In this document: one piece after another, positions 1-10,250 of the stretch
Numbering within the stretch: the stretch's first letter is position 1
How the letters are laid out: each line of letters begins with the position of its first letter
Assembly: GCA_018817715.1 (NCBI GenBank)
Contig: JAHITT010000006.1
Span: 11,147 to 75,146, forward strand
Direction of reading: 5' to 3'
DNA: 64,000 nt
Source: Patescibacteria group bacterium
Lineage (GTDB): Bacteria; Patescibacteriota; Patescibacteriia; Veblenbacterales; UBA10138
The notes under the pieces: generated by a model
The model's input: the letters and a program-made list of their open reading frames with translations, nothing else
Told to the model about the DNA's origin: nothing
The model's database searches: none
Made by a program: the position numbers and the translations under genes

Positions 1-1
1 G

Positions 2-274
2 TTATCTACTTTGTTGTTATTAGTGGCTGGCTGGTTAGTAGTTGGGCAAGTGATAGATTATGATAAGAAATTTTTATATAGTCGATTAATTAAAATAGGC
101 CTGGCTGGTTTATTAATGGCTGCTGTAGTTTTATTATTAATAAACAGTTTTAATTTTGTAGTGGTTATTTTAATTGGGGCTATTTGTTATGGTATATTAC
201 TTGTGCTTTGGGGTGGTATAACTTTAGCGGAAATTCGGCAGCTCTGGTCTCTTATTAAGCGTAAAGCGGTTTAA
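2..274 (+). CDS. C-terminal part of polysaccharide flippase/exporter (5'-partial)
   Basis: Open frame from the window edge; several hydrophobic helices typical of Wzx C-termini; heads a glycosyltransferase cluster. Confidence 0.6.
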   Translation, partial: LSTLLLLVAGWLVVGQVIDYDKKFLYSRLIKIGLAGLLMAAVVLLLINSFNFVVVILIGAICYGILLVLWGGITLAEIRQLWSLIKRKAV

Positions 275-279
275 GTATT

Positions 280-1368
280 ATGGCGGATATTATTTTATTT
301 ACTACAGACTTTTATCCTAATTTAGGTGGGGTAGCTCGTTATTATGAGGGATTACGGAAATATTGTGATAATTTTCAGGTAGTCAGTCATTTAGTGGGCG
401 CGGAAAAAATAAATAAAGTTAGGCGGTTAAAGTTTTTTTGGCCGTGGTGGCCGCATTGGTTGCCTTTGGTTTGGCAAATTTTTAAAGTCGGTCGTCAGAA
501 TCCGTTAGCGATTTTAGCGGCTGGTCAGATTTTACCCGTGGGCACAGCTTTATGGTTATGGCATTTTTTTACTAGGCGCCGTTATTTTGTTTTTCTGCAT
601 GGCTTAGATGTTAATTTACTTTTAGTTAATCCCTATAAAAAATGGTTGGGTAGGAAAATTTTAAAAGCAGCTTCTTTTGCGGTAGTTAATAGCCAGTATA
701 CCTCTAGTTTGCTTAAAAATTTAATCAGTGATCAATCGAAAATTTTAATTATTTATCCTTGTCCGGATTTGCCATTAGATGTTCCTTCTGGGGCGGCTGC
801 GCAAAGATTGGTTAAATATAATTTAACAGACAAAAAAGTTATTTTAACTGTTGGGCGCTTGGTTAAACGTAAAGGTATTGCCGAGACTTTGGATAGTTTA
901 GCTCCTTGGCTTAAGTCAGATGAAAGTTTGGTTTATGTAATTGTGGGCGATGGACCAGAAAAATCATCTTTGCTTAAAAGGATTGCTGTTGACAATTTGC
1001 CGGTTATTTTAACAGGCGCGGTTGATTCTTTGACTAAAATTGCTTGGTATAACCGGGCGGATATTTTTGTTATGCTACCTTTGGCTGATAGTTTAGATGT
1101 GGAGGGGTTTGGTATTGTTTATTTGGAAGCTCAGGCGGCTGGTTGTTTAGTTATTGGTAATAAACAAGGTGGTGTACCCGAAGCTGTTGGTCAAGCTGGT
1201 TTAATCTTAGATAAGCAGACTGAATTAGTGGGGCTATGCCAAAGGTTATTAGCCGATGAATTTTTGGCTGAAAAATTAAGACAGGCTGGCCGGCAAAGAT
1301 TAGTCCAGTGTTTTAATTGGCCTGAGCAAGTTTCTAAGTTAAAAATTTTTTTGAAAAATAATTTATGA
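280..1368 (+). CDS. glycosyltransferase family 4
   Basis: TVGRLVKRKG and EGFGIVYLEA (E-x7-E) motifs. Confidence 0.9.
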   Translation: MADIILFTTDFYPNLGGVARYYEGLRKYCDNFQVVSHLVGAEKINKVRRLKFFWPWWPHWLPLVWQIFKVGRQNPLAILAAGQILPVGTALWLWHFFTRRRYFVFLHGLDVNLLLVNPYKKWLGRKILKAASFAVVNSQYTSSLLKNLISDQSKILIIYPCPDLPLDVPSGAAAQRLVKYNLTDKKVILTVGRLVKRKGIAETLDSLAPWLKSDESLVYVIVGDGPEKSSLLKRIAVDNLPVILTGAVDSLTKIAWYNRADIFVMLPLADSLDVEGFGIVYLEAQAAGCLVIGNKQGGVPEAVGQAGLILDKQTELVGLCQRLLADEFLAEKLRQAGRQRLVQCFNWPEQVSKLKIFLKNNL

Positions 1369-2609
1369 AAAATGACAGAATAGATGTAGTCATGTTTAAT
1401 ATGTCCAGATATGCTGATTGGCAGACTGGTGTGGAGAATCGAAATTTTCATGTTTTGCATACCTTATTGACTGATGCTCGGGTAAGAAAAATAGTGGCTA
1501 TTGATTATTTACCTTTTACTTTTAAAAGGGCCGTGAAACAGTGGTGGCAGGATATTATGTTTGGGTCTTTAGGGGGTAAAGTTTTGTCTCGAGGTTTGTG
1601 GCACAAATTAACAGCTCTTGATAATAAATCAATCACCACTACTGGCTATGGTTCAGCGGAGGCCGAACAATCAGAAGTGTCTTATAAGTTATTTGTTTAC
1701 AGCGATGTTAGTTCTTTTTGGTCAGAGAAATTTTTTTTAAAAAGGTTACATAAACAATTAGAACGTTTAGATTTAAAAAATGTTGTTTTGTGGTCTTATT
1801 TGCCGACTATGGTGGGTATGTATGGTACCAGTTCAGAAATTTGTTCGGTTTTTGACGCTGTAGATAATTGGTTGGAGCATTCTGCTTATCAAGGTTATTT
1901 GGACAGACTCAAGATAAATTATCAGATTATTAGATATAAAGCGGACTTAATTTTTACTACCTCTCCCTTATTAGTAGATTTTTTTGACCGAGCTAAGGGT
2001 TGTTTATTTGTACCTAATGGAGTTAATGTCGACAGAATAAACAAACCACTTAAATTAGTCGGTCGTGATATATTGGATTTACCTAGGCCGATAATTGGTT
2101 ATGTCGGTGTTATTCAACAAGATAGGATAGATATTGATTTGATAGAATATGTGGCTAAACAACATCCTAGCAAGTCTTTGGTTTTTATTGGTCCGGTTTG
2201 GGCTAGTCTGAAATCAATTATTAAAGCCAGGTTATTACCTCTGCCTAATGTATATTTTTTTGGTTATAAATCAAGTTTAGAAATGCCGGCTTATTTGCGG
2301 GAATTTGATGTGGCTATTATGCCTCATTTGGTTAATGATTTTATTCGTTCGACTAATCCGATGAAAATTTACGAATATTTGGCAGCTGGTAAACCTATCG
2401 TGGCTACGCCGGCTGAAGGTTTGAATAATTTTAAGGAATATATTTATTCAGCCCCCACGCCTTTAGAATTCAGTCAGGCTATTAATCAAGCTATTAAAGA
2501 AAATAATCCTGAGTTAGTTGAAAAAAGGCGGGCGGTGGCGGCAATGAATACTTGGCAGAATCGTGTGGATAGCATGATGGAAAAAATAATTAATTGTTTG
2601 CCTGAGTAA
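1365..2609 (+). CDS. GT-B glycosyltransferase (TuaH-like)
   Basis: IIGYVG, NPMKIYEYLAAGKPIV motifs. Confidence 0.85.
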   Translation: MKNDRIDVVMFNMSRYADWQTGVENRNFHVLHTLLTDARVRKIVAIDYLPFTFKRAVKQWWQDIMFGSLGGKVLSRGLWHKLTALDNKSITTTGYGSAEAEQSEVSYKLFVYSDVSSFWSEKFFLKRLHKQLERLDLKNVVLWSYLPTMVGMYGTSSEICSVFDAVDNWLEHSAYQGYLDRLKINYQIIRYKADLIFTTSPLLVDFFDRAKGCLFVPNGVNVDRINKPLKLVGRDILDLPRPIIGYVGVIQQDRIDIDLIEYVAKQHPSKSLVFIGPVWASLKSIIKARLLPLPNVYFFGYKSSLEMPAYLREFDVAIMPHLVNDFIRSTNPMKIYEYLAAGKPIVATPAEGLNNFKEYIYSAPTPLEFSQAINQAIKENNPELVEKRRAVAAMNTWQNRVDSMMEKIINCLPE

Positions 2610-2619
2610 TTTGGTATTT

Positions 2620-3468
2620 ATGAACAATTCTTATACCGTAATTATAATCTCTTGGAATGTTCGGGAGTTACTGAGGCGCTGTTTAGTTTCTTTACAACCT
2701 TGGTCTAAACAAGTGCAGGTAATAGTGGTTGATAATAATTCCCAAGATAATAGTGTTTCTATGGTTAGCCGGGAGTTTTCTTGGGTGGAATTAATATCCT
2801 TACAAGAGAATAAAGGCTTTGCGGTAGCTAATAATTTAGCGGTTCTAAAGGCTCGGGGAGATTATTTGGTTTTGCTTAATCCTGATACTTATATTGCTCA
2901 GGATTTTTTTAATCGTTTAGATGATTTTTGGCAAGTTTACCCACTAGCAGCTGTAGTTGGTGGACAAATAAGGAACGAAGATGGTTCTATACAGCCTTCG
3001 GTTAGAAAATTTCCCACTGTTTGGTCCCAGTTAGTTGTTTTATTAAAATTAAGTCGTTGGTTGCCTGGTTTATTGTCGGATTATTTATGTGCCAATTTTG
3101 ATTATAATAAGCCGTCGGTGGTCGACCAGGTTATGGGTGCTTGTTTTATTTGTTCTAAACAAACTTGGCAAGTTACCGGTGGTTTCGATGTTAATTTTTT
3201 TGTTTGGTTTGAAGAAGTGGATTTTTGTCGACGTTTAAAAGAAGTAAACCATCTTACACGTTACGAGCCAACCATTAAGGTTTGGCATAGTCAAAAAGCC
3301 AGTTTCAGTCAGCTTGATTTTTTAACTAGACATAAAATGTTTAGTCGTAGTTTGCTTTATTATTCACGTAAGTATTTTAATTTTTGGTCTAACTGGTTAC
3401 TTGTGGTAGCTTCTTTTTTGGGTTATCTTTTAGCTTATGCTGGAAAATTTTTTTACCGACAAAAATAA
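2620..3468 (+). CDS. glycosyltransferase family 2 (WbbL-like)
   Basis: VVDNNSQD, NKGFAVANN, LLNPD, FEEVDFC; ATG 2620 preferred to TTG 2611. Confidence 0.9.
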   Translation: MNNSYTVIIISWNVRELLRRCLVSLQPWSKQVQVIVVDNNSQDNSVSMVSREFSWVELISLQENKGFAVANNLAVLKARGDYLVLLNPDTYIAQDFFNRLDDFWQVYPLAAVVGGQIRNEDGSIQPSVRKFPTVWSQLVVLLKLSRWLPGLLSDYLCANFDYNKPSVVDQVMGACFICSKQTWQVTGGFDVNFFVWFEEVDFCRRLKEVNHLTRYEPTIKVWHSQKASFSQLDFLTRHKMFSRSLLYYSRKYFNFWSNWLLVVASFLGYLLAYAGKFFYRQK

Positions 3469-4948
3469 ACCTGATTTTTTATTCAAATATCGTTATTGGT
3501 TAGTCGGTTTGGTGGTTTTTTTTGCTTTGGATATTGTCTCCTGGCTGGGGTGGCAATATAAAGGTTGGGGAAGCTTATTGGCCATAGGATTAGCCTTAGG
3601 GTGGTTATGGTTAGCTAGTCGAAAAATATCTTGGGGATTAATTTGGTTAGTAGCTGAACTTATTGTGGGTTCTTTTGGGCGTTTATTCATCGTGGAATGG
3701 GCCGGTTGGTGGTTACCTTGGCGCTATTTAATTTTTATATTTGCTAGCGGTTTGTTAATAGTTAAAATTTGGTCCCATAAAGAATATTTTTTAAAACAGC
3801 CAAAGGAAATTGGTTGGTGGTTAGTTAGTTTGTTTGTTTTGTTGAGTTCTCTGGTGGTGGCCATAGTTAAAGGTAATAGTTTTTATAATATTTTTTTGGA
3901 TATGAACGGATATTTGTATCTTTTGCTTTGGCCCATGTTTTTGTTGGCTAAAAAAGAATCAGCTGATTTATGGTTACAAGCTAAGGAGATTTTATCAGCG
4001 GCTGTGATATGGTTAGGTTTAAAAACTTTATTCATGTTTTTTCTTTTTGGTCACTATCCGGCCTATGAGTTATCTTTGGTTTATAGTTGGTGGCGCGATA
4101 CTGGTTTGGGAGAAATAACCAGTTTAGGTACTGGTTATTATCGTATTTTTTCCCAGAGTCATCTTTGGTCAACTTTGGCAGCTATTAGTGGTTTAGCTTA
4201 TTTAGCTGTAACAAAAGTAAAAAATAATAAAAATTTTGTAGTAGAACCTATTTTAGGATTATTTATTTGGTTTAATTTAATGGTGGTGCTGGTTAGTATG
4301 TCGCGTAGTTTGTGGTTGGGTTTACTGGTTGGTTGGTTTATTTTGTTGGTAGTCATAATGATTAAAGCTGGCAGTAGATCGTTTTTTGTTTATGGTTTGG
4401 TTAGTTTTATTTTGTTGTTGTCCGCTTGGGGTGGTCTTAAGGTCTTGTCTAATTTGACTACTTTGGGTCAGCCCACCATTAGTTCGATTGATTTAAGTGG
4501 GCGTTTTAGTAGCAACGAAGCCGCCGGGCAAAGCCGTTTGCAATTATTAGGGCCTTTAGTTAAGGCGACGGTTGATAATTTATGGTTAGGAGCTGGTTTT
4601 GGGGCAACGGTTGAGTATCAGACCAGTGATCCCAGAGTCGTTAAAGCCACAGCCGGCGGTACTGGCTGGGTAACAACTTATGCTTTTGAGTGGGGTTATT
4701 TAGATTTATTGTATAAATTGGGTTTAATTGGTGCTATTATTTATTTGTGGTTTTTTTTACGTTGGTTAGATTATACTATTTTAAAATCTGGCCAGCTAAT
4801 TACTTTTTATAAATTAGCGGCTGTGGGTACTTGGGGGGTTTTGTTGGTAACTAATTTGACCACACCTTATTTAAATCATCCTTTGGGTATTGGAGCGGCT
4901 ATGGCTATAATGATATTTTTGGTGAATAAAAAAACAATTTATGTTTAA
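3437..4948 (+). CDS. O-antigen ligase/polymerase family membrane protein
   Basis: Multi-TM, SMSRSLW, LGAGFG, YLDLLYKLGLIG motifs. Confidence 0.8.
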   Translation: MLENFFTDKNKPDFLFKYRYWLVGLVVFFALDIVSWLGWQYKGWGSLLAIGLALGWLWLASRKISWGLIWLVAELIVGSFGRLFIVEWAGWWLPWRYLIFIFASGLLIVKIWSHKEYFLKQPKEIGWWLVSLFVLLSSLVVAIVKGNSFYNIFLDMNGYLYLLLWPMFLLAKKESADLWLQAKEILSAAVIWLGLKTLFMFFLFGHYPAYELSLVYSWWRDTGLGEITSLGTGYYRIFSQSHLWSTLAAISGLAYLAVTKVKNNKNFVVEPILGLFIWFNLMVVLVSMSRSLWLGLLVGWFILLVVIMIKAGSRSFFVYGLVSFILLLSAWGGLKVLSNLTTLGQPTISSIDLSGRFSSNEAAGQSRLQLLGPLVKATVDNLWLGAGFGATVEYQTSDPRVVKATAGGTGWVTTYAFEWGYLDLLYKLGLIGAIIYLWFFLRWLDYTILKSGQLITFYKLAAVGTWGVLLVTNLTTPYLNHPLGIGAAMAIMIFLVNKKTIYV

Positions 4949-6002
4949 TAAACAAGCAGCACCTGCTTTAACAATTAGTTTAGTAACTCATAATGGGCAG
5001 CGTTGGTTACCTTATTGCTTAGCGGCCGTAGCTAATCAGATTTATCAAGATTTCTTTTTTTTAATTATTGATAATGGCTCTTTGGATAATACTGTAGCTA
5101 TAATTAAAGATTTTTTAATAAAGAATCCCGAATTTAAAAACCGATCTCGTTTGATACAACACAAAAATAATATTGGTTTTGCTCGAGCTCATAACCAAGC
5201 CATTGCTTGGACCGACAGTAAATATATTTTGCTTTTGAATCAGGATGTTAAATTATCTAAATTTTATTTAGCCACTCTTATTAAACAAATGGCTAAACAG
5301 CCGACTGTGGCGGCGGCCAGTGGCAAGTTGATTCGTTGGGTTTTATCAGCCGCTGAAGGTGGTTTGGAAGCTTCAACCACTTTAGGGGCTGAATATTTGG
5401 ATTCAGCTGGTTTGGTAATTAAAAAAACCAGGCGGGTTATGGAGCGGGGCGGTGGCCAGCCAGACACAGGTCAGTATGATAAGGCTAGTTTAGTTTTTGG
5501 TATTAGCGGGGCAGCGCCTATTTATAAACGGTCGGCTTTATTGGCGGTGGCCAGTGATTGGGAAATTTTGGATGAAGATTTTTTTTCTTATAAAGAAGAT
5601 GTTGATTTGGCTTGGCGTTTACAACGAGCTGGTTATGAGGCTTTTTATTTGCCCGAGGCCGTGGCTTACCATGATCGTTCTTTGGTGTTAAGTGATTCTT
5701 GGCGTAATTATCGTTTAACTAGGCGACAGCGCGCTCCGGTTTGGCGTATTTATTCTTGGTCTAATCATTTGTTTGTTTTGTTAAAGAATGATGGTTGGTT
5801 TAATCTTTTAAGAGATTTACCTTGGTGGTTGGGCTATGAATTAGCTAAATTTTTTTATATGTTGCTGTTTGAGCCTATTTTATTAAAAAAAGCTGTCAGT
5901 AGATTTTTTTATTTATTGCCAACCATACTTAGAAAAAGAAAAATTTTACGCCAGAGTTGGCAAAGACCTTCTGGCCAGTTGAGACGTTGGTGGTTAAAAT
6001 AA
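4941..6002 (+). CDS. glycosyltransferase family 2
   Basis: IIDNGSLD, NIGFARAHN, LLNQD, YKEDVDLAWR. Confidence 0.9.
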   Translation: MFNKQAAPALTISLVTHNGQRWLPYCLAAVANQIYQDFFFLIIDNGSLDNTVAIIKDFLIKNPEFKNRSRLIQHKNNIGFARAHNQAIAWTDSKYILLLNQDVKLSKFYLATLIKQMAKQPTVAAASGKLIRWVLSAAEGGLEASTTLGAEYLDSAGLVIKKTRRVMERGGGQPDTGQYDKASLVFGISGAAPIYKRSALLAVASDWEILDEDFFSYKEDVDLAWRLQRAGYEAFYLPEAVAYHDRSLVLSDSWRNYRLTRRQRAPVWRIYSWSNHLFVLLKNDGWFNLLRDLPWWLGYELAKFFYMLLFEPILLKKAVSRFFYLLPTILRKRKILRQSWQRPSGQLRRWWLK

Positions 6003-6006
6003 TATT

Positions 6007-6816
6007 ATGGATCTTTCAATAATTATTTTAAATTACAAAACTGGTGGCTTGGTTCGTCAGTGTTTAAGGGGTGTAATTGAGGCGGAGCTAAAATTAGATT
6101 ATGAAATTTTATTAGTGGATAATCACTCTCAAGATGATAGTTTGTCTTGGGTACAGGATAATTATCCAACGGTTAGAACAATAAGTTTACCTGTTAATCG
6201 GGGATATTCAGCTGGTAATAATGAGGGTATTAGGCGAGCCAAAGGAAAATATTTGCTCATTTTAAATCCAGATGTCACTATTTTTGCCGGCAGTTTAGAA
6301 AGGTTGGTAGCTTTTATGGAAAATAATCCAACAGTCGGTTTAGCTGGGCCAAGATTAAACAATCCCGATGGTAGTTTGCAGTATTCCGCTTATAGTTTTC
6401 CTAATTTTTGGTTACCTTTAATCAGACGAACCTGGTTGCGGCATTTGGGTTGGTTTAAACCCTTATTAAGGAAATATCAGTTAATGGATTGGTCTCATCA
6501 GGATAATCAGCCGGTTGATTGGTTATTAGGGGCTTGTTTAATTGCTCGAGCAGCCGCTGTGGAGCAAGTGGGTCTGCTTGATGAAAGATTTTTTCTTTAT
6601 GTGGAAGACACGGATTGGTGCCGACGTTTTTGGCAAAAAGGTTGGCAGGTTTATTATGCAGCTGATGTGGAGTTAGTTCATTTTCATGAACGTTTATCAG
6701 CGCAGGCTAATTTTGGCGCTCTTTTTAAAAAAATAACTTGGATTCATATAGCTTCCTGGTTTAAGTATTTTTTTAAATGGAGGATGAGATATCAAGACAA
6801 ATTAGACAGATTTTAA
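6007..6816 (+). CDS. glycosyltransferase family 2 (WbbL-like)
   Basis: VDNHSQD, NRGYSAGNN, LNPD, YVEDTDWC. Confidence 0.9.
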   Translation: MDLSIIILNYKTGGLVRQCLRGVIEAELKLDYEILLVDNHSQDDSLSWVQDNYPTVRTISLPVNRGYSAGNNEGIRRAKGKYLLILNPDVTIFAGSLERLVAFMENNPTVGLAGPRLNNPDGSLQYSAYSFPNFWLPLIRRTWLRHLGWFKPLLRKYQLMDWSHQDNQPVDWLLGACLIARAAAVEQVGLLDERFFLYVEDTDWCRRFWQKGWQVYYAADVELVHFHERLSAQANFGALFKKITWIHIASWFKYFFKWRMRYQDKLDRF

Positions 6817-6842
6817 GGTTCCAATTTTTAAGCTTTTTTGAA

Positions 6843-6871
6843 TTGACAAATAAGCTTTTTTTTGTTAGATT
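6843..6871 (+). promoter_or_regulatory. sigma70 promoter for mreB
   Basis: TTGACA-17 nt-TAGATT with extended TG; ATG follows 8 nt later. Confidence 0.65.
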
Positions 6872-6879
6872 TTGTTCAT

Positions 6880-7887
6880 ATGTTTGTTAAAAAAATTGGT
6901 ATAGATTTGGGTACAGCTTATTGTTTGGTGCACGTGCCAGCCAGAGGCATAGTTATTAATGAACCATCGGTGGTGGCTATTGCTACGGCCGATCGGAGTG
7001 TTTTGGCAGTTGGCGAAGAAGCTAAAGAAATGCTTGGTCGAACACCAGATACTATTGTGGCTTTACGTCCTTTAAAAGATGGGGTGATTGCCGATTATCA
7101 TACAACCGAAGCCATGTTAAGGTATTTTATAAATAAAGCTTTAGGTGGTATACGGTTTTTTAAACCCGAAGTTATGATTGCGGTACCAGCCGGTATAACT
7201 TCAACTGAACGTCGGGCGGTTATCGACGCTACTATGGCCGCTGGAGCTAAGGCTGCTTATATTATAAAAGAACCGATTGCGGCGGCTATTGGAGCTAATA
7301 TTCCCATTGGCTCGGCTTCTGGGCACATGATAGTGGATATGGGTGGAGGAACCAGTGAAGTGGCGGTAATTTCTTTGGGTGGTATTGTGGCTAATACTTC
7401 GGTTAGGATTGGCGGTAATAAATTGGATTCGGCTATAGCTGATTTTATTCGTAAAAAATATGGTTTAGCTGTAGGTGAACAAACAGCAGAAGATGTTAAA
7501 ATTCGTATTGGTTCGGCTTTATATTTGGAAGATAAATTAACTATGGACGTACGTGGTCGGGATATGGTTTCTGGGTTGCCACGAACTGTGGCTATAACTT
7601 CGGATGATGTTACTGAGGCTATTCAGAATGAATTAGAAGGTATAATTCACGCTCTTAAATCAGTTTTGCAAATAACGCCACCGGAGTTGTCGGCTGACGT
7701 TATAGATAAAGGTATGGTTTTGTCTGGTGGTACAGCCTTATTAAGGAATATTGATAAACTTTTTGCCCAAGCCACTGGCGTTTCAGCCTATGTGGCAGAT
7801 GAGCCTTTGTTATGCGTAGCTAAGGGTACAGGTGTAGCTTTGGATAATTTGGAATCTTATAAGAGGAGTATCTTGTCGACTAAATAA
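6880..7887 (+). CDS. mreB: rod shape-determining protein MreB
   Basis: IGIDLGT, EPSVVA, RPLKDGVIAD, VDMGGGTSEVAVISLGG. Confidence 0.95.
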   Translation: MFVKKIGIDLGTAYCLVHVPARGIVINEPSVVAIATADRSVLAVGEEAKEMLGRTPDTIVALRPLKDGVIADYHTTEAMLRYFINKALGGIRFFKPEVMIAVPAGITSTERRAVIDATMAAGAKAAYIIKEPIAAAIGANIPIGSASGHMIVDMGGGTSEVAVISLGGIVANTSVRIGGNKLDSAIADFIRKKYGLAVGEQTAEDVKIRIGSALYLEDKLTMDVRGRDMVSGLPRTVAITSDDVTEAIQNELEGIIHALKSVLQITPPELSADVIDKGMVLSGGTALLRNIDKLFAQATGVSAYVADEPLLCVAKGTGVALDNLESYKRSILSTK

Positions 7888-7961
7888 AGTTTAGCTACTT
7901 ATTTAATTAGGCAATTAAATCATTAAGGTCAGTGGGTGTTTGGGATTTATAAACTTACTTA

Positions 7962-9245
7962 ATGTCTTTAGAAATTTTATCATTTTTATTATTAATTCCT
8001 CTAGCCGGTCTAACTTGGTTTAACTGGCCAAAGGCGGTGGCCGGATTGTTATTTTTTTTGCCAGCCTATCTTATTAAGGTTGAAATATTTTCTTTGCCAA
8101 TTAACTGGTTAGAGGCGGCTGTGATAATACTTTTTGCTATAGCCTTGTTTAAGGGGTATGGTTTATCTTTGGTAAAATTTTTAATAGATAAAAAATATCG
8201 TTCCTGGTTAGTAATTATTTTGCTGTGGTTGCTGGCGGCGGTTTTAGGAGTTTGGTTGGCTAAGGATTCAAGGCTAGCTTTGGGTATTCTTAAGGGTTGG
8301 TTTATAGTGCCTTTTATGTGGCTGTGGTTGGCTGGTTTTACTGTTAAGTCGGGCCAAAAATTAGGTTGGGGGCGTTTAGCAGCTAAAGCCTTGGTAGCCA
8401 ACGGTTTTATTACGGCTTTGATTAGTTTATTGTTGTGTTTGTGGTTAGGCGGCCGGTCTGGTGGCTGGTATAATTCACCCAATGTTTTGGCTATGTATCT
8501 TTTGCCGATTTTTTGGTTGAGTGTTTGGCAATTATTTTATGGTAAAGATTTTTACTGGTCGGGTCGGTGGAATAATTTGGTGGGGGCTATGGTTGGAGTA
8601 GTAATTTTGGTAGCTATAATATTAACCGGTTCATACAGTGCTTTAGCTAGTTTAGTTATAACAGCTGCCTTGTGGGGTATTGTTAAAAAATATTCTCAGA
8701 GTAGAATTAAAGTAATACTGGTAGCTTTAGTTTTTTTATTGGGTTTAGTTGTGCCGGTTTTTGTAACAGTTAATAATAATTGGCCTTGGTTTAGTCATTC
8801 TAATAATCTTTATGGTTTAACTTCCGGTCAAATTAGACAAGTTTTTTGGCGCGAAGCCTTAGTGGTAATAAAACAGCGGCCTTTATGGGGAATTGGTTTG
8901 GGCGGCTGGCAACCATTATTCAAACAAGACATTCAACCTGGTTTACCCGAGAATAAACAACCTGGTTATAGTATAGAGTTTCATTATGCCAGTTTATTTC
9001 CTCATAATTTATATTTAACGGTTTGGTTGTTTCAGGGAATTTTTGGTTTAGGGTTGTTACTGTGGTTGTTTTTAAAAATTGCTGACAGTCAATCCAATTT
9101 AGCTTGGCTGATGTTGTTTCCTTGGCTTTTGTATTCAATAGTAGATACACCTCTTTATAAAAATGATTATGCTTTTTTATTTGTTTTTATATTATTAATT
9201 GCTTGGGCTTGGGAGGCTGATGAATTAACAGCAACTTATTCATAA
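7962..9245 (+). CDS. O-antigen ligase family protein
   Basis: Multi-TM; SPNVLA, PLWGIGLG, PHNLYL motifs. Confidence 0.85.
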   Translation: MSLEILSFLLLIPLAGLTWFNWPKAVAGLLFFLPAYLIKVEIFSLPINWLEAAVIILFAIALFKGYGLSLVKFLIDKKYRSWLVIILLWLLAAVLGVWLAKDSRLALGILKGWFIVPFMWLWLAGFTVKSGQKLGWGRLAAKALVANGFITALISLLLCLWLGGRSGGWYNSPNVLAMYLLPIFWLSVWQLFYGKDFYWSGRWNNLVGAMVGVVILVAIILTGSYSALASLVITAALWGIVKKYSQSRIKVILVALVFLLGLVVPVFVTVNNNWPWFSHSNNLYGLTSGQIRQVFWREALVVIKQRPLWGIGLGGWQPLFKQDIQPGLPENKQPGYSIEFHYASLFPHNLYLTVWLFQGIFGLGLLLWLFLKIADSQSNLAWLMLFPWLLYSIVDTPLYKNDYAFLFVFILLIAWAWEADELTATYS

Positions 9246-9248
9246 TTT

Positions 9249-10244
9249 ATGGCTACTTTAATTGGGCATTTAGAAATATATGATTATTTAATTAAAGCTA
9301 TTAACCAAGCGGCTGGGCATGCTTTTTGTTTGGTGGGTCCCAAGCATGTTGGTAAAACCACTTTAGTTGAACTAATGATTAATAAAATTTTTTGTGAGAG
9401 GCTACAGCAAAAATGGCCGGATAATTCTTGTTTTAGTTGTCGCCAGAATATTAATCGTCAGCATAGTGAAGTGTTGTGGCTGACTAAATCGGCTGATAAA
9501 AAAAATATAGGTATTGATGAAATTAGAGCTTTAAAGAATTTTGCTCAGTTGTCTAGCGGTTCGTCCATTCGTCGAGTAGCTGTTATTGAAGGGGTAGAGG
9601 ATTTAAATGATCAGTCGGCTAATGCTTTAATTAAAATATTAGAAGAACCGCCTAAAGGATTTTTATTTTTTTTATTAGCCGACAGCACCTTAGACACTCC
9701 GGCGACTATTTTATCACGTTGTCAGTTGGTTAAGGTTGGTTTAGTTAAGCCCGCTTTGATTAGCCAGGCTTTACAGGACCGAGGATATAATACAGAACAA
9801 AGCGAGCAGTTAGCGGATTTTTCTAAAGGCCGACCCGGTTGGGCTTTATTATACGGTCAGGATGAAGTCGCTTGGCAGGAGGTTTATCAAAAAGCTGATA
9901 GTTTATTAACCATTTTAAATAGTTCAAATATTTGGCAAGCAGCTCAGGATTTTTATGAGCAGGAATTTAAAAAGACAGCTACTAAAGGATTAGATGTAAC
10001 TAAGGCAGAAGAATTGCTTAGTATTTGGGGTGAAGTAGTTAGGGATTTATTATTGTTTAAATTAGGCTTAATTACTTATTTGCGTTATCAAAACTTAAAA
10101 AATAAGCTAGAATTAATAGCAGGGAAGTATCCGCTTAGTAAAATGTTGGGTTGGCTTTATGCTATTTTATTGGCTGGTCGTCAATTGCGCCAAAATGTTC
10201 AAGTTAAATTGGTTTTAGATGCTTTAATCAGTCGATTAATTTAA
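9249..10244 (+). CDS. holB: DNA polymerase III subunit delta'
   Basis: GPKHVGKTT, IGIDEIR, ANALIKILEEPP, TILSRCQ. Confidence 0.88.
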   Translation: MATLIGHLEIYDYLIKAINQAAGHAFCLVGPKHVGKTTLVELMINKIFCERLQQKWPDNSCFSCRQNINRQHSEVLWLTKSADKKNIGIDEIRALKNFAQLSSGSSIRRVAVIEGVEDLNDQSANALIKILEEPPKGFLFFLLADSTLDTPATILSRCQLVKVGLVKPALISQALQDRGYNTEQSEQLADFSKGRPGWALLYGQDEVAWQEVYQKADSLLTILNSSNIWQAAQDFYEQEFKKTATKGLDVTKAEELLSIWGEVVRDLLLFKLGLITYLRYQNLKNKLELIAGKYPLSKMLGWLYAILLAGRQLRQNVQVKLVLDALISRLI

Positions 10245-10250
10245 AGAAGT